A stretch of 64,000 nucleotides of DNA from the human T2T-CHM13v2.0 reference genome, Homo sapiens, in assembly GCF_009914755.1 (NCBI RefSeq), contig NC_060939.1. One strand, 5' to 3'. Positions 12,631-24,814 of this stretch are shown here, piece after piece (the first letter of the stretch is position 1; each line of letters starts with the position of its first letter). Below the pieces are notes generated by a model. It saw only the letters and a program-made list of their open reading frames with translations, made no database searches and had not been told where the DNA came from. A program made the position numbers and the translations under genes.

Positions 12631-14364
12631 AACAAAAGAATACCTAAACTGGGAGGAACTTTAGGGATCTTCTAGTCTAGTATTTTCAAACTTTATTTTT
12701 AAGCAGTGGAATCATGTTATTAAATGCCATCTTAAAATTGACACAGGCAGAGCTGCTTTGGGAGAAGTGTTCTGGGAGACTCTGTGTGTGCTGTCGTAAT
12801 TGAAGCTTCTAAAAAGGAACCTTGGTATTTTGCAAAATGGAGTTTACAAATCTATTTTGTGTTCCAGAATTTCAATTTTATAAACAAGAAAGCTGAAGTT
12901 AAGGCGCTTTATGTGGATTTAAAATTTTCTAGTAATAGTAGACTTAGTACCTTGGAGTAACACTATTAAAAAGGCTTAATGGGTAGCCACAGGGAAGTTT
13001 GTTTTAAGCTTTGGTTCAATAACAACCAAGTCTTCGCTTTACTGATGATAAGCCCAGACATAGATTGTATTCCCACTAATGAAAAAGTACCAAGGACAGG
13101 AGAGTGGCTAATATTAGGGAATATAAATAAAGCTCAAATGCAAAGAATGATTGAACTTCTGTTCCAAAGCAGCCCCAAGAGCCTCCCAAACTCTTCATGA
13201 TGTCCTCTTGGTGAAGCAGCTACATGCTCCTGAAGGATATCACCCTATTCCTGGAGGCTGAATGGTGGCTGGAAGACCGTTACTTTTTCTCTAGCCAGAC
13301 TTACAGCATTGAAGGTCTCTCTGTATGGTCTCTATACCATAAGTCAGTCTCTCTGACTTACAGCATTGAAGGTAAAAATTGAACTATCAAGACCCCCCTT
13401 CCAGACTCGGGATCTTGACTTTTAGTGAGCAAGAGGACAATAAGATTCCATTGATAAGAAAGTAAAGAGCCTGCACATGAAAACTGCGTTCCTAAATACT
13501 TGAATTATTTCTTTCCCTCTCTTCTCTTACTACATTTCTTTTAAGGGAGGCAACTTTTAAATATTCTGATTTGTTTTCTTTGTGTTTCTTTTCCTACCTT
13601 TCTTCTCCAAGAATGTCCTTCAGTTCATAAAGGATGAACAAGCCTAGAACTAGCAGAACTAGGTAATATGACGGGGTAACATTCAGCCCCAGGAAAATGT
13701 ATTCTGTGGTCAGAACCAGACCAAGACATAAGAGTATCCTAAAAAATGTAGTAATTTGGAATTTTATCAAGCAAATCTTTGCAAATTTGAACAGCATTTA
13801 TTAAGTGAAAGGGCCATGCACTTATGAGGAAACAGAGGAAAAGGATGGTGCTCCTGGTTGATCTCAGTCTTTCTCCTCTCTATCATCTTCAGCAATTCTG
13901 CTCCAAATAGGCACAGCCCATGCAGTGAAATAGCCACTTGATGGATAGGTGGACCTGCCAGTCCCATCCCCTTGATGGCAAATTACTGGTCATCTGTCAT
14001 CTGTTGTTCCTTGGGCCTACCCTTTGTTTGAGGTTGGGGGGCAGTGAAGTATTTACTCTGCCCCTCATCCTAAGCAATTTATCAAAATGTTCCTTACAAA
14101 GACAAGTAGAGATGTGTTAGTGCCTCCTGTGAATTGGCCATGTCTTCCTAATGAAGCCCCTTAATCCACTGCTTGTTAGGTACAATATGCATCATAGGAG
14201 CATACTTAGAATGTTCCCTGGAGCCACAGATTTATGGTTCTCTGTCTCTAATCCCATGGGATTAAGATTTCTCACCTGCCTGTCTTTGAGCTTCTGGTAT
14301 CAGTCCAGCTTCACAGCCTTTCTCTCTTAGGAGGATTTCCTCTAGCATAGCTCTTTCTAGATAC

Positions 14365-14565
14365 CAGGTAATGTCCTAAGCTCTTTACACTTTTTATACC
14401 ATTCATTCCCTTATAACAGTGTTGCAATATAGCTAAATTTGTTATCACCACTTTATAGATAAGGAAACTGAAACTTCCAGAACATAAGTAGTCTTTCTGA
14501 GGTGAGATGGCAGTGCTAGTGGAAATGTTATTTGAATTAAGACAGATGAACTTTAGAGTTTACAA
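14365..14565 (-). mobile_element. MIR SINE
   Basis: Core 'actttatagataaggaaactgaaac' with flanking MIR-like sequence. Confidence 0.75.
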
Positions 14566-14829
14566 GTCCGTCCACTTCTCTGAGCTGACTTCCTATAGTA
14601 GTTTCTAGAAACCCTGCTTATTTCCATCTGAAACTTTTCCATAAAATTTCCTGATGATCTTTCCAGTTGCCTTTTTTCTAATAAACAATATCTTTTTCCC
14701 GTAATCCTGATTCTCCGTATGCTTTATAAAAATTTATATTCAACTATACCCACACTGTGCATTATAGGAGAGAAATAAGTTGAGCCCCTGGAAATTTCCT
14801 TCTATTCTTGTGCCTCATCATTTTCCTCA

Positions 14830-14910
14830 TGTGTTATATCTGTATATATATGTATACATGAATGTGTGTGTATGTGTATACATATGTATATGTATGTGTG
14901 TGTGTATATT
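14830..14910. repeat. (TG/TA)n degenerate microsatellite
   Basis: tatatatgtatac...tgtgtgtgtgtatat. Confidence 0.85.
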
Positions 14911-15039
14911 TATGAGTGGACAATATTATGTTTGCAACTATTAAACTTCAGCTTTTTCAAAAATATTTTCCCCAATTTTTTCAAGATTAAAGTGTATTAA
15001 GTCTTTTTATACCTGAGTAATTCTTAATTTAAGGACATT

Positions 15040-15450
15040 AGCAATTTGATGAATATATTTTTCAAAGTCTTTACCAAGTCATTGATAAAGACATAGAATC
15101 ATTTTAATCTTGGTAGACCACCTGTGACACTTCCTCTAAGATTAGTCTTAAGCTTTTAGGTATTTTGGAGGGAGATCAACTATTTCACTACCTAACAGTC
15201 CTGGAATATTACAAGCCTTCCTATGATATTGTCACAAGGGGCTAAAATTTAACAGAAAGCTTGTATAACTTGTATATTTTTTATGAGGTCTCAAAGTTTC
15301 CTAAAAATGGAAACTCAATTGTTAGTGGTATGATTTAATTTTCACACTGCCAAATGACTGCCACTTATGATCTTTGAATGTTTTGGGGATAGATCATTGT
15401 GTACTGAATTGTATTAGTGTTTTTCCATGTTTTAATATTAAATTGACCAT
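15040..15450 (-). mobile_element. L3/CR1 ancient LINE fragment
   Basis: 'accaagtcattgataaagacatagaa...accacctgtgacac' resembles antisense CR1 RT-region sequence. Confidence 0.5.
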
Positions 15451-15690
15451 TTCTTAACTCTATGGGTTAACTTCCCTAGAAATACTTCTAAGATTTCTAC
15501 AGGGCCTATAGTTTTCGCTTAGTATCTAAGGGTACATGATGTCAGATTCAGTTGATTTAAATACATTACATTTGGGAAGTTTTTTTAGTAAATATATATG
15601 TACAGAAATGTGTGTATATACACACACACATACATATGCATATAATATACATTTTGGCTGGCATCATTCCTCCCATCAAAACTTAGGCAT

Positions 15691-16715
15691 CTCATAAACT
15701 CAATAGTAAACAAAGAAATAGCTTGATTAAATAATGGGCAAAGGACATGATTAGAAATTCTTGCAAAGACATACAAATGGCCAACAGGTATATGAAAAGG
15801 TGCTCAACATCTCTAATCATCAGTGATGTGAAAATCAAAACCACAATGAGATATTGCCTCACACTTGTTAGGATGGCTATTATCAAATAGATGAGACCTA
15901 ACAAGTATTGGCAGAGGTGAGGAGAAGATGGGAACCCTGTGCAGTACACTATTATGCACTGCATTAGCCATTATGGAAAACAGTATGGAGGCTCCTAAAA
16001 AAAATAAGACTACTGTATAGTCCAGCAACCCTGCTTCTGAGTATTTATACAATGGAAATGATATTAGCATCTCAGAGATATCCTGTTTCTCTATTTTCCT
16101 TATAGCATTATTCACAATAGCCAAGAAATGGAAATAACCTAAGTGTCCATAGATGGATGAATGGATAGAGAAAGTGTGATACACACACATACACACGAAT
16201 ATTATTCAGCCCTAAAAAGAAGTAAATCTTGCCATTTGCAACAACATGAATGGACCTGAAGGATATTAGGCTAAGTGAAACAAGCCAGACACAGAAAGAC
16301 AAATAGTGTATGATCTCATTCACATGCAGAATCTAAAAAAACTTACAGAAACAGAATAGAATGATAGCTGTCAGGAAGTAGGGGTGGGAGAATAGGGGAG
16401 ATATTGCTCAAAGGGTATAAATTTTCAGTTATATAATGAATGAGTTCTGGAGATCTAATGTACAGCATGGTGACTATAGTGAATAATACTGTACGTATAC
16501 TTAAAATTTGCCAAGACAGTAGATCTTAAGTGTCTTTACCAACCCCTCAACACACACACAGACATACACGATGATAACCAAGGGTTGTGACGGATGTGTT
16601 AATGTTAATGATTGGAATAATCATTTCACAGCGTGTATGTATATATCAAATCATGTTGCATACTTTGTGTATATACAATATGTATTGGTCAATTATTCCT
16701 CATAAAGCTAAAAAA
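15691..16715 (+). mobile_element. L1MA (L1MA8-10-like) 3' fragment
   Basis: ORF2 C-terminus 'gacatacaaatggccaacaggtatatgaaaagg'; L1MA 3'UTR 'gagttctggagatctaatgtacagcatggtgactatag'. Confidence 0.9.
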
Positions 16716-16727
16716 CATAATAGGCAT

Positions 16728-17987
16728 ATTAACTAACAATTTGTATCCGAAGGACAAGGACTGGGAGGGTAGAAATAAAATTGTCAATCTTTGCAGATTG
16801 GGCTGGTTACCTTCCATTTTCCCCTTTGCATCCTCATTCCACCCACTCTGTTTTACTCTGTGTTTTAGAAGACTGGTCTGAATGAATTGTATCAATGTGT
16901 TTATTTTCTGGCACTTATTTGAATTTAGCCAATATGACACACCAGTATGATATTAGAGGGTTAGTGGGGAGAGAAGGTAGGGGTATGTGTTTTCCTGGCT
17001 TCCTCCCTTTGTCCCTCTAACAAAGGCCATGAATCCTGCCAGGTGGCCCTCCCCATATTTATTTTTTGAAATTTATGTAATTAGTCCCCTTCTTTGCCCC
17101 TTCAGGTTTAGTGACCAGTAGTACAATTTCTGTTCCCAAATCAACCACCTACCCAGGTCCCTAGGTTACTAACTCTGGTTTTTGTATCATGAATTTTTGC
17201 TTTTCTTAAGCCTTGCCCCACTTTGTAAACTTTTCAAAAGTTCTCCTCAATTACCCAGTCTTAGGGTGCCATTTAGTTCCTGCTGAGACCTTGATTAACA
17301 CACAAATGACATGATTATATACTTAGAAAGTCCAAAAGAAGCTACCAATGAGAGAACAAAGCAAGATTGTTTTCAAATGTTTGTTATGCAAAAATAAGTT
17401 ACATTTCTATACCAAAAAAAAAAATAGAAAATGAGAATCTTTAAAATATATCATTTGAAAAAAGCACCAACTCATTTAATGTAATCAGAATAAACCTAAA
17501 AGTAACCTCTAAGATTTTATGAAAAAAAACTATACGTCTTTGACATTTTAGAAAATCTAAATATGAGGTATATTATGTCCATGGATCGGCAAAGCACAAT
17601 GTAGTGGTTTTAAAATGTGTACATTTTTAAAACTCCTCCCTCCAAATGCCATCCCAATAGATGCCCCAATATGTATTTTTGTATAACTTGACTTATTGTA
17701 AAATTTATATGTAAATATGAATATTTGCTTATGCTCTTGAATAAGAAGAGATGAGAGGACTGACCCTAACTGATAGGGAAGTTTAATATTGGTGCAGTGA
17801 GAGATAGATCAATGGAATAAAACAGATATCACAAAAGGAGACTTAATTATAGAGAGGTGGTTGATTTGGGAACAGAAGCGATACTACTGGTCAGAAGGGA
17901 GATAATGAGTTTTTAACAAATGGCATAGGGTACCTTTATAGTCCATTCAGGAGCACAACCAGAAAACAACAACAAAAAATTGGATCC
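16728..17987 (+). mobile_element. Ancient L1ME-type ORF2 fragment, split by LTR33 and continuing at 24182
   Basis: 'tttgcagat|gacatgattatatac' (F-A-D-D-M) split by the LTR; 'tagatcaatggaataaaac'; ends 'aaaaattggatcc'. Confidence 0.7.
16799..17302 (+). mobile_element. LTR33-family ERVL solo LTR
   Basis: TG...CA ends; 3' end 'tctcctcaattacccag...gtgccatttagttcctgctgagaccttgattaacaca'; 5-bp TSD CAGAT/CAAAT (16794-98, 17303-07). Confidence 0.78.
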
Positions 17988-19017
17988 ACTCTTAGTTTTG
18001 GTTTACGCAAAAGCAGACCTGGAGACAAGGACTTGGGTGCAAGTTATTTGAGAGATGAATCTGAAGAAGCAGAGTCAGAGGTTGGGAAAGTAGGACAGGG
18101 AACAGAGGAAAGCAAATGACGGGTGTGTTTATGAGTCATTTGCTTCTAAAAGCAATGGGGACTCAATCCTTCTGATAAGCCCCCGAGACACTTTATAGAA
18201 CACATGTCAAAATGTAAAGGATAAAGAAGCTGAGATATTAATTGGCCAACTCCTATCCTTCATTAGCTAAGTGTTATTCCTAGGGGTAGACTCGGGTTAT
18301 TGATTGCTCGAAACAAACTACCCTAAGATTTAGTAGCATGAAATAAACAGCTCTCTTTATTATACTCACAGGCTCTATCAGTAGGAATTTGGACAGGGCA
18401 TAGTGGGGATAGCTTGTCTCTGCTTCACAGTGACTGGAGACTTAACTAAGAGGACTCAGATGACTGAGGGTGACTCGAAAAAAGGGGTCAGAATCACCTG
18501 GAGGCTTCTTTCATCATATTTGCCACTTGATTGAGGGCAAACCAGAGGTTGGAGTCAGTGGAAACTAGCAACCAGAACACCCATTTCTCATCTTTCCATA
18601 TGGGTTCCTATCCTAGAAGTCTGATCTCAAGCAAAAAGGTGGAATCTGCATAGGCATTGCTAACCTAGCCTCAGAAGTCATGCATTGTCACTTCTACTTC
18701 AAATTTGTCATCAAAGCCAGCTCAGACACAAGGGACAAGGGAACAGACTCTACGTCTTGATGATAGGAGTATTAAAGAATTTGTGATCATCTTTAGAACC
18801 ACATCAGGTCATTCATGACCTCTCTGAAATTTCTGTCCTGCTTGTGTGCACAGGCTGAATATGTTTCCACAGTCGGAGAAAAATCTCAGACATAGAGATG
18901 CAGACACTTGAGGTATGCCATTGTTGGTGTATACAGAAATTGTTCAATAAAGCTTCATGGGACCTTTTGGGTAGGAAAAACGGGTATGAGCAGGGCTCCT
19001 ATAGCACTGCAATGCAT
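17988..19017 (-). mobile_element. LTR16A-like 3' LTR of the HERV16-like provirus (interrupted by MLT1F)
   Basis: 'cttagttttggtttacgcaaaagcagacctggagacaaggacttgggtgcaag' is the reverse complement of the LTR16 3' end; resumes after 18803. Confidence 0.78.
18286..18803 (-). mobile_element. MLT1F-like MaLR solo LTR
   Basis: 'aacaaactaccctaagatttagtagc', 'ggaatttggacagggcatagtggggatagcttgtctctgc', 'acctagcctcagaagtcatgc'. Confidence 0.8.
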
Positions 19018-21012
19018 CATTTTAATACTCAGTTCCCTTTGTGCCTCACTTTAAATCCACTATGTTCTATCTTTGATTCTTCAAGGTGTTGATTTTTTAC
19101 AATCTTAAAAAACAAAAACATCCCCAGGAATGCAGTGAGACAATATATGGTTACTTTCATGGAGTCAATTATGAGAATGAAATTAATATTCAGTATCTCC
19201 TCTTCCTTATTCTCATCTAATATTTCTGCTTTTGCACATTGGTTGTCCAATAGAGAGGAAGAGATCTTCATCCCTTCAGGGTCTGACCTCTAGTTACCTT
19301 GCCCTTGTCAATCTCATTTTTTACAGTTTCTCATTTACTACTGTCACCAGGCATGTAAGAACCAAGAGATACACCAGAGAATCCTCAGAGTTTTTGACAT
19401 ATTTCTCTTTGCGTCTAACATAAAGTAGAAATCCTTGCTGCTTATATTTACTTCATATTTACTGGCTAGGTTACTATATCCAGTATAATAACTTTTTCTT
19501 TTACCTGTTGGTTCAATGACAGAAGAAGTCCACAACAATCAGATGGCAGTCATGGTTTTAAGTTTATTTGAATACTTACTATAACTCTGATAGAAATGTT
19601 ACACCTGCGGGAACCAGGGCCTCTGCAGGTTATATGTAAACTTTTTGATACTCCGTCCCGATGCATATTAAAAAGAACACATTGAGGAAATTAATTGCTA
19701 CCAGAAACCAGAGGCTGTGTTTATCTGCTCTAGTAAAGATACTATCTTTAGCACAGCATGTATGATTGGGGTTACCATTTGTTAAGTTTACTGTAGTCTA
19801 TCACCATCTGCCATATCCATCTGTTTTTTGCAGGGCCATACTAGTGAATTAAACGGGGATATATGTTGAAGACTATCATCCCTACCTCCTTTAAGTCTTC
19901 AAGGGTTGCACTATTTTGTGAAATCTAGCTGGGTTATGATATTGCTTACAACTGAGTCTTGACTAGGGTAATGTAGTTTCAATTGCTTCAATTTGGCCTT
20001 TTCTATTAAAAGGCTCTTACTTCACAGGTTGGAAAATAAGTTGAGGGTTCTATTAGCTCCTAAATATATTTATCTCATCCAGGCACTGGGGAAGTGAACA
20101 AAGAGTGGTCTGCAGACCAGTTGGACCCAGTGTGTGGTAGATTTATATATATTTGGTCCCGGACTCCATTGATCACATTCTCCATTTGGCCCCTGTCTAA
20201 TTACAGAGAACGCTGGCATTTTTGGACTCTGGTATTGCTGTCACCTCAAACCCTGTATTCAGTAGCTCTCAAAAGATCTGTACCTTTGTGTTTTTTCCAG
20301 TGTTACCTGTGTAAATGCATGTAAGTCCTTTTGGGTAAGGACTGGGGAAATATTTTGTACATACTACTGTGGGGATGCAGGGTCCTTCCTTAAGAGTGTC
20401 TGACCTCTGCTTCAATTGATGGACTCTGTGTCTAAGAACTGGCTCAAGTCCGGAAACAGCTTGTGATTTTTAGATTGCATCAGTTGATATCAGCCTTCTG
20501 TTTTCCATCTCAAAGCATTTTAAAAAATTATGTAAGTCAAGCAACATTCTAATTGTTTTCCATCAGTTTCACTCCTGTGAATACCATGGTATTTTAGCCA
20601 TAGTGAAGATCCCAATGGGTTAGGTGCCATGGTTGCCATTCTCTTTTGCTGTCCATTAACATAATCATCTCCACCTTTCCTCTGACTGTTACGTAGCATA
20701 ATTTGGACTCTGCTGTTCTGGAATTCTATCATCCATATTGACACTAGGGAGCCTAGTTTATAATGGTATCTTCCATCATTCATTCAAGCCTACAGGGGAC
20801 AGACTGTGCCTCCCCGACTTGTGCATTTTTTTATTGCTTTAATAAATTCTAGTGTCCTCTGCTCCCTCCCAGGACACATAGTGAACTGGTGATTCTCTGA
20901 TTTTATATAACAAATCCATTTTAGTAAGGATACCTCCTCTCTGAGTTTTCTAACTCCTTCTTTTGTATACTGACAAGGAAATTTCAGGAGCTACACTTTA
21001 TTTACTATAGGC

Positions 21013-22755
21013 TAACAGTTCTCAAAACTATTTGGTCTTGAGACCCATTTACACTTTTACAATGTCTGAGAACTGTGAATAGTTTTTGCCTATGTGGGTT
21101 ATGCCTACCAATATTTACCATATTGGAAATTAAACGAAAATATTAAAATACATTTGTCTTAATTCATTTTAAAATGACAAAATAAGTCAATTACAGGTAA
21201 ACATATCTAATATATTTTTATAAATTAAAAAAAATTTATTTTACTTTACGTTCTGGGATACATGCGCAGAATGTGCAGGTTTGTTACATAGGTATACATG
21301 TGCCATGGTGGTTTGCTGCACCTGTTAACCTGTCACCTAGGTTTTAAGCCCCACATGCATTAGCTATTTGTCCTGATGCTCTTCCTTCCCCTCATCACCC
21401 CCTGACCATATTAGAAATTAAACTGAGAAATTTTACTGAGAAATTAAACGGAGAAACTTTATCCTATTAGAAATTAAACTGAGAAATGTTAAAATATATT
21501 TGTGTTAATTCATTTTAAAGTAACAAAATAATTACAGCTTAATATATCTAATATATTTTTATGAATTTTTTAAAGTATAAAATAGAAGTGAGAACAGTGG
21601 CATTCATTTACATTTTGCATGTCTTTTGAAACTCAACAGAAGATAGCTAGATTTTTCTGTTTTTGGATTCAGTCTGTACTTAAATGCTGTTTTGGCTGAC
21701 ATATATGTAGAAAATGAAGCTTCACAAAATATGTAGTTGGAAAAGGGAAGAATACTGTAATAGCCTTTTCAGATAGTTGTGAATATTCTTCAATACTACA
21801 CAAAAACTTGGCAAGTAGTAGTTTCTTAAAGTACAGCTTTGATATGGAATCTGAAATAATTTCCATGAACTTTTCATTTTCTGCTGGATTAAAATTCACT
21901 GGCCTATCTTGCACCTTAAATAAATTCTTTAGCTATGCATGGTCTTGTAACATCATACACTGATCATTTGGAAAATATTAGCTCACTGAGTTATACAGAC
22001 CTTCGAAATGTTGATGTATTCCATTCTACAATATTTTAAAAGTCACTTTAATAAAATCACCAGTCTCATTAAAAAGTCTTCAAGTACTGGGAAGTGGGTC
22101 AAATTCAAGGTGTAACACAGAAACTTGCCACAGTTCTAATTTTTACTTGAAGCCTCCAATTTCATCATTGGTAACAATTTGTCAGTTGTTTTCTTTGACT
22201 TGACAGGCTTATTCGCTCATTTTTGGGAAAATGACTGCCAAATAACCAAGTCTGAATAACCACTATATGCCTGTCAGTTGTTATTTCAAGGCAAAGTGTT
22301 GTTCCATTTAAAGGGGCTTATTCAGCCCCTTTATGGAAATAATTTTGAAATAATTTCAGAAGTGCTTTCCCTTGATATAACTCTCATACTTTGGTATGCA
22401 GTAAAAGCTCTATGCATACTTCTTATTTTGTCACATTGAATATTAAAAAGACATGTTCCCAAGGATCGATTTTAAAAATTAATAATGATTTTGACTGCTT
22501 CATCAAGTAAAACCCTAGAAAAACTGACTTTAAATATTGGCAATGAAGAATATTAGTACAGTGTGGTGCCACTGCTTTTTTTGCGAAGGCACCAGAAATT
22601 TAATACACCATTGCTTTGGTACTCTCAGTGGAAATGTCAACCAAGCACAGAATAGGCAAAGAACATCTTAGGTTGAAAATCATTTGACCTTGTGGACTCC
22701 CAGAAAGCTTTGTAAAATCTGTAGAGATTTGTAGACCACACTTTGAGAGCTACTG
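21013..22755 (-). mobile_element. Charlie1a-like hAT DNA transposon
   Basis: Ends 'taacagttctcaaaactatttggtcttgagacccatttacac' and 'gaccacactttgagagctactg'; about 1.45 kb after removing the L1 insert and duplication. Confidence 0.85.
21227..21404 (-). mobile_element. L1PA8-like 3'-end fragment inserted in Charlie1a
   Basis: 'ttctgggatacatgcgcagaatgtgcaggtttgttacataggtatac...ctaggttttaagccccacatgcattagc'. Confidence 0.9.
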
Positions 22756-23320
22756 ATGTGGAAGCATTGTTTCCAAGTGGCAAGGTGCCATTCTAGCAGT
22801 GTATCTGGACTGGCTCCAGGAACCTAGATATAATCAATAAGGTGAGACATTGAATTAACTGTATCATTGAATTTTATTTAATTGTTTGCATTGAGGAGAG
22901 CAAACTCATCTTGTGAATCATCAGCTTTCTGTGGTTTTCAAGTTACGGAATCTGCTCTTCTCTAGCAAGGAAGAGGTGTCTTCTTCTGCTGGCCCATAGC
23001 GCTCAGAGCAATCTGGGAGCTCAGATATCTCCCTCCGAGACTTGCCTTATCAGGACTCTATTTTTGACATAGAAGACTTGCAATGGCTATTAATTCAGCT
23101 TCTTCTTAACTCCTACCATCCTTACGATCAAATATGAATCCTGTTTTGAGCATATTCTGCCTTCTGGCTGCAGGAGATAAGGGTCTCTTTAAAGATACAA
23201 TAGAGGCCTTCTGCTTTCGTAGCAGGCCCTAAGCTAATATTTGGGTGACATGAGCCTGTTATTTTTTCATCCTTCCAATATAGTTGAAAAAACCCAGACA
23301 ACCTCACTATCCTCAGAGAT

Positions 23321-23358
23321 ACACACACACACACACACACACGTGTGTGTGTGTGTGT
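23321..23358. repeat. (AC)11(GT)8 palindromic microsatellite
   Basis: Read directly from the sequence. Confidence 0.95.
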
Positions 23359-23620
23359 AAATTGTAGAACTTTTGTAGACTGCATATATATATTTTATAT
23401 ATATAGTGTATTTATATATATGGAAATATGTATATGTCAGTGTTTCCTCTTTTACCTGTGCTTCCTCCCAGTCCACATAGGTGAGATTCTCAGTAAAGTG
23501 ATACTGAAGAATAAAAGTGTTCATTACTATCCCATTTATTACAGCATTGGAAACCCTTTGCCATATGACTGGTAAGTAACCTAGTTATAGTATCTCAACC
23601 TGAAGGTTTGCTTTCTAGAA

Positions 23621-24180
23621 CATTTTGGGTTACTGCAATAACTGAAATTGAACCAAGGATTCAAATAAAAGTATTTATTTGGGAGGTGATCTCAGGAAGC
23701 AAGTCAGTGAGTGAGGAAATCAATTGGAGGGAAAAATAATAAAATGTATGTTAATAAGTTGGCTATCAACTTATTAACAAGGGCTAATGTGGGGAACAAA
23801 GGCTCAAGTCTACTGTGAATCTCAGAGACACTACAAAGAGTACCTTACAATTGTCCCATTCAGGGGGTGAAGAAATGCATGTTAAAAGTTAGTAATCATT
23901 GTGGTGAAGGAGGTCATCACTGTGGGGAAGTTCATACATATGAAGAAGTTGGGATACTTTTCTTTCTTAGGCTGAAGGTCACTCTTGGGATTTTGGTCCT
24001 TTTTCAGACAGTTCTGTGTATGGGCCAAGCCTGCTTCAGTAGCCACAGAATACCCTCAATCAGATGCCTAAGGTAGAAAACCAAATGTAGAACTCTTCTT
24101 CCCTAAAGTTCTGGGAGAGCTCTGGGAGAGAGTTGGGAGGGCCGAAGGAGCATGGATGGGGCTCTGAAAATATATATCAC
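23621..24180 (-). mobile_element. LTR16A-like 5' LTR of the HERV16-like provirus
   Basis: 'tttatttgggaggtgatctcaggaagc', 'ggctgaaggtcactcttggg', ends 'ggatggggctctgaaaatatatatcaca'; same family and orientation as 17988-19017. Confidence 0.72.
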
Positions 24181-24181
24181 A

Positions 24182-24760
24182 GATCTCTACTTCACATCCA
24201 CATGGAAACCAAATTAAGGAAGATAAAAGGAAAAATTATAATATGTTTAGAAGAAAACCTTGCAACTGATGGACCTCTTAGTAGAGAAAGATTTCTTTAA
24301 ATAGATACAAAAAGCACAGAACATAAAGGAAAATAGCCAATGATTTCTCTTTCCTAAAAGATACCATAAAGAGAGTGAATTAAAAGTGCTACAAACTTGG
24401 AGGAGATATTTGCAATACATGTAAACAACAAAGGATTAGTGTGTAGTATGTCTAGATACTTCTGTGAATCAAAAAAGAAAAAGAAAAAAAGGAAAATAAA
24501 ACCCAGTAGAAAAATGAAAAATAGAGAAAATTGAACTATTAGAATGTATGAGGTGCTGGCAAGAATGTGGAGCCACAGAAACTCCTGTTCACTTTTGATG
24601 AGGGTATAAATTGTAACACTTCTGCAGAATGCGGATTGGCATTTCATAGTAAAGTTGAACATGCTTATTTCCTATGATCTGTCAGTACCACTTAACACTA
24701 TATACCTAAGGAAACTTTTGCACACCAGGATATCCACGAATTTTTAAAGGATGTACACTA
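24182..24760 (+). mobile_element. L1ME-type ORF2 fragment (continuation of 16728-17987)
   Basis: 'ctacttcacatcc', 'ggagatatttgcaatacat', 'gtgctggcaagaatgtggagc'. Confidence 0.72.
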
Positions 24761-24814
24761 TTTTTTAAAGAATATAGCCTTTAAAAATATAAAACTGTAA
24801 ACTAACTGACATAA

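Larger units (their letters stand above)
19018..23620 (-). mobile_element. ERVL internal region (HERV16/ERV3-16A3-like; gag-pro-pol remnants, internally deleted, interrupted by Charlie1a)
   Basis: Antisense leader at 23575-23620 (reverse complement 'gttctagaaagcaaaccttcagg'); gag 'ctggctgcaggagataagggtctctttaaag', 'aagaactggctcaagtccggaaac'; pro 'cagaccagttggacccagtgtg'. Confidence 0.72.

Noticed and set aside
13298-13373. Repeat-spacer-repeat resembling a CRISPR unit
   Set aside because: Only two repeats, the spacer derives from local sequence, the context is primate and there are no cas genes
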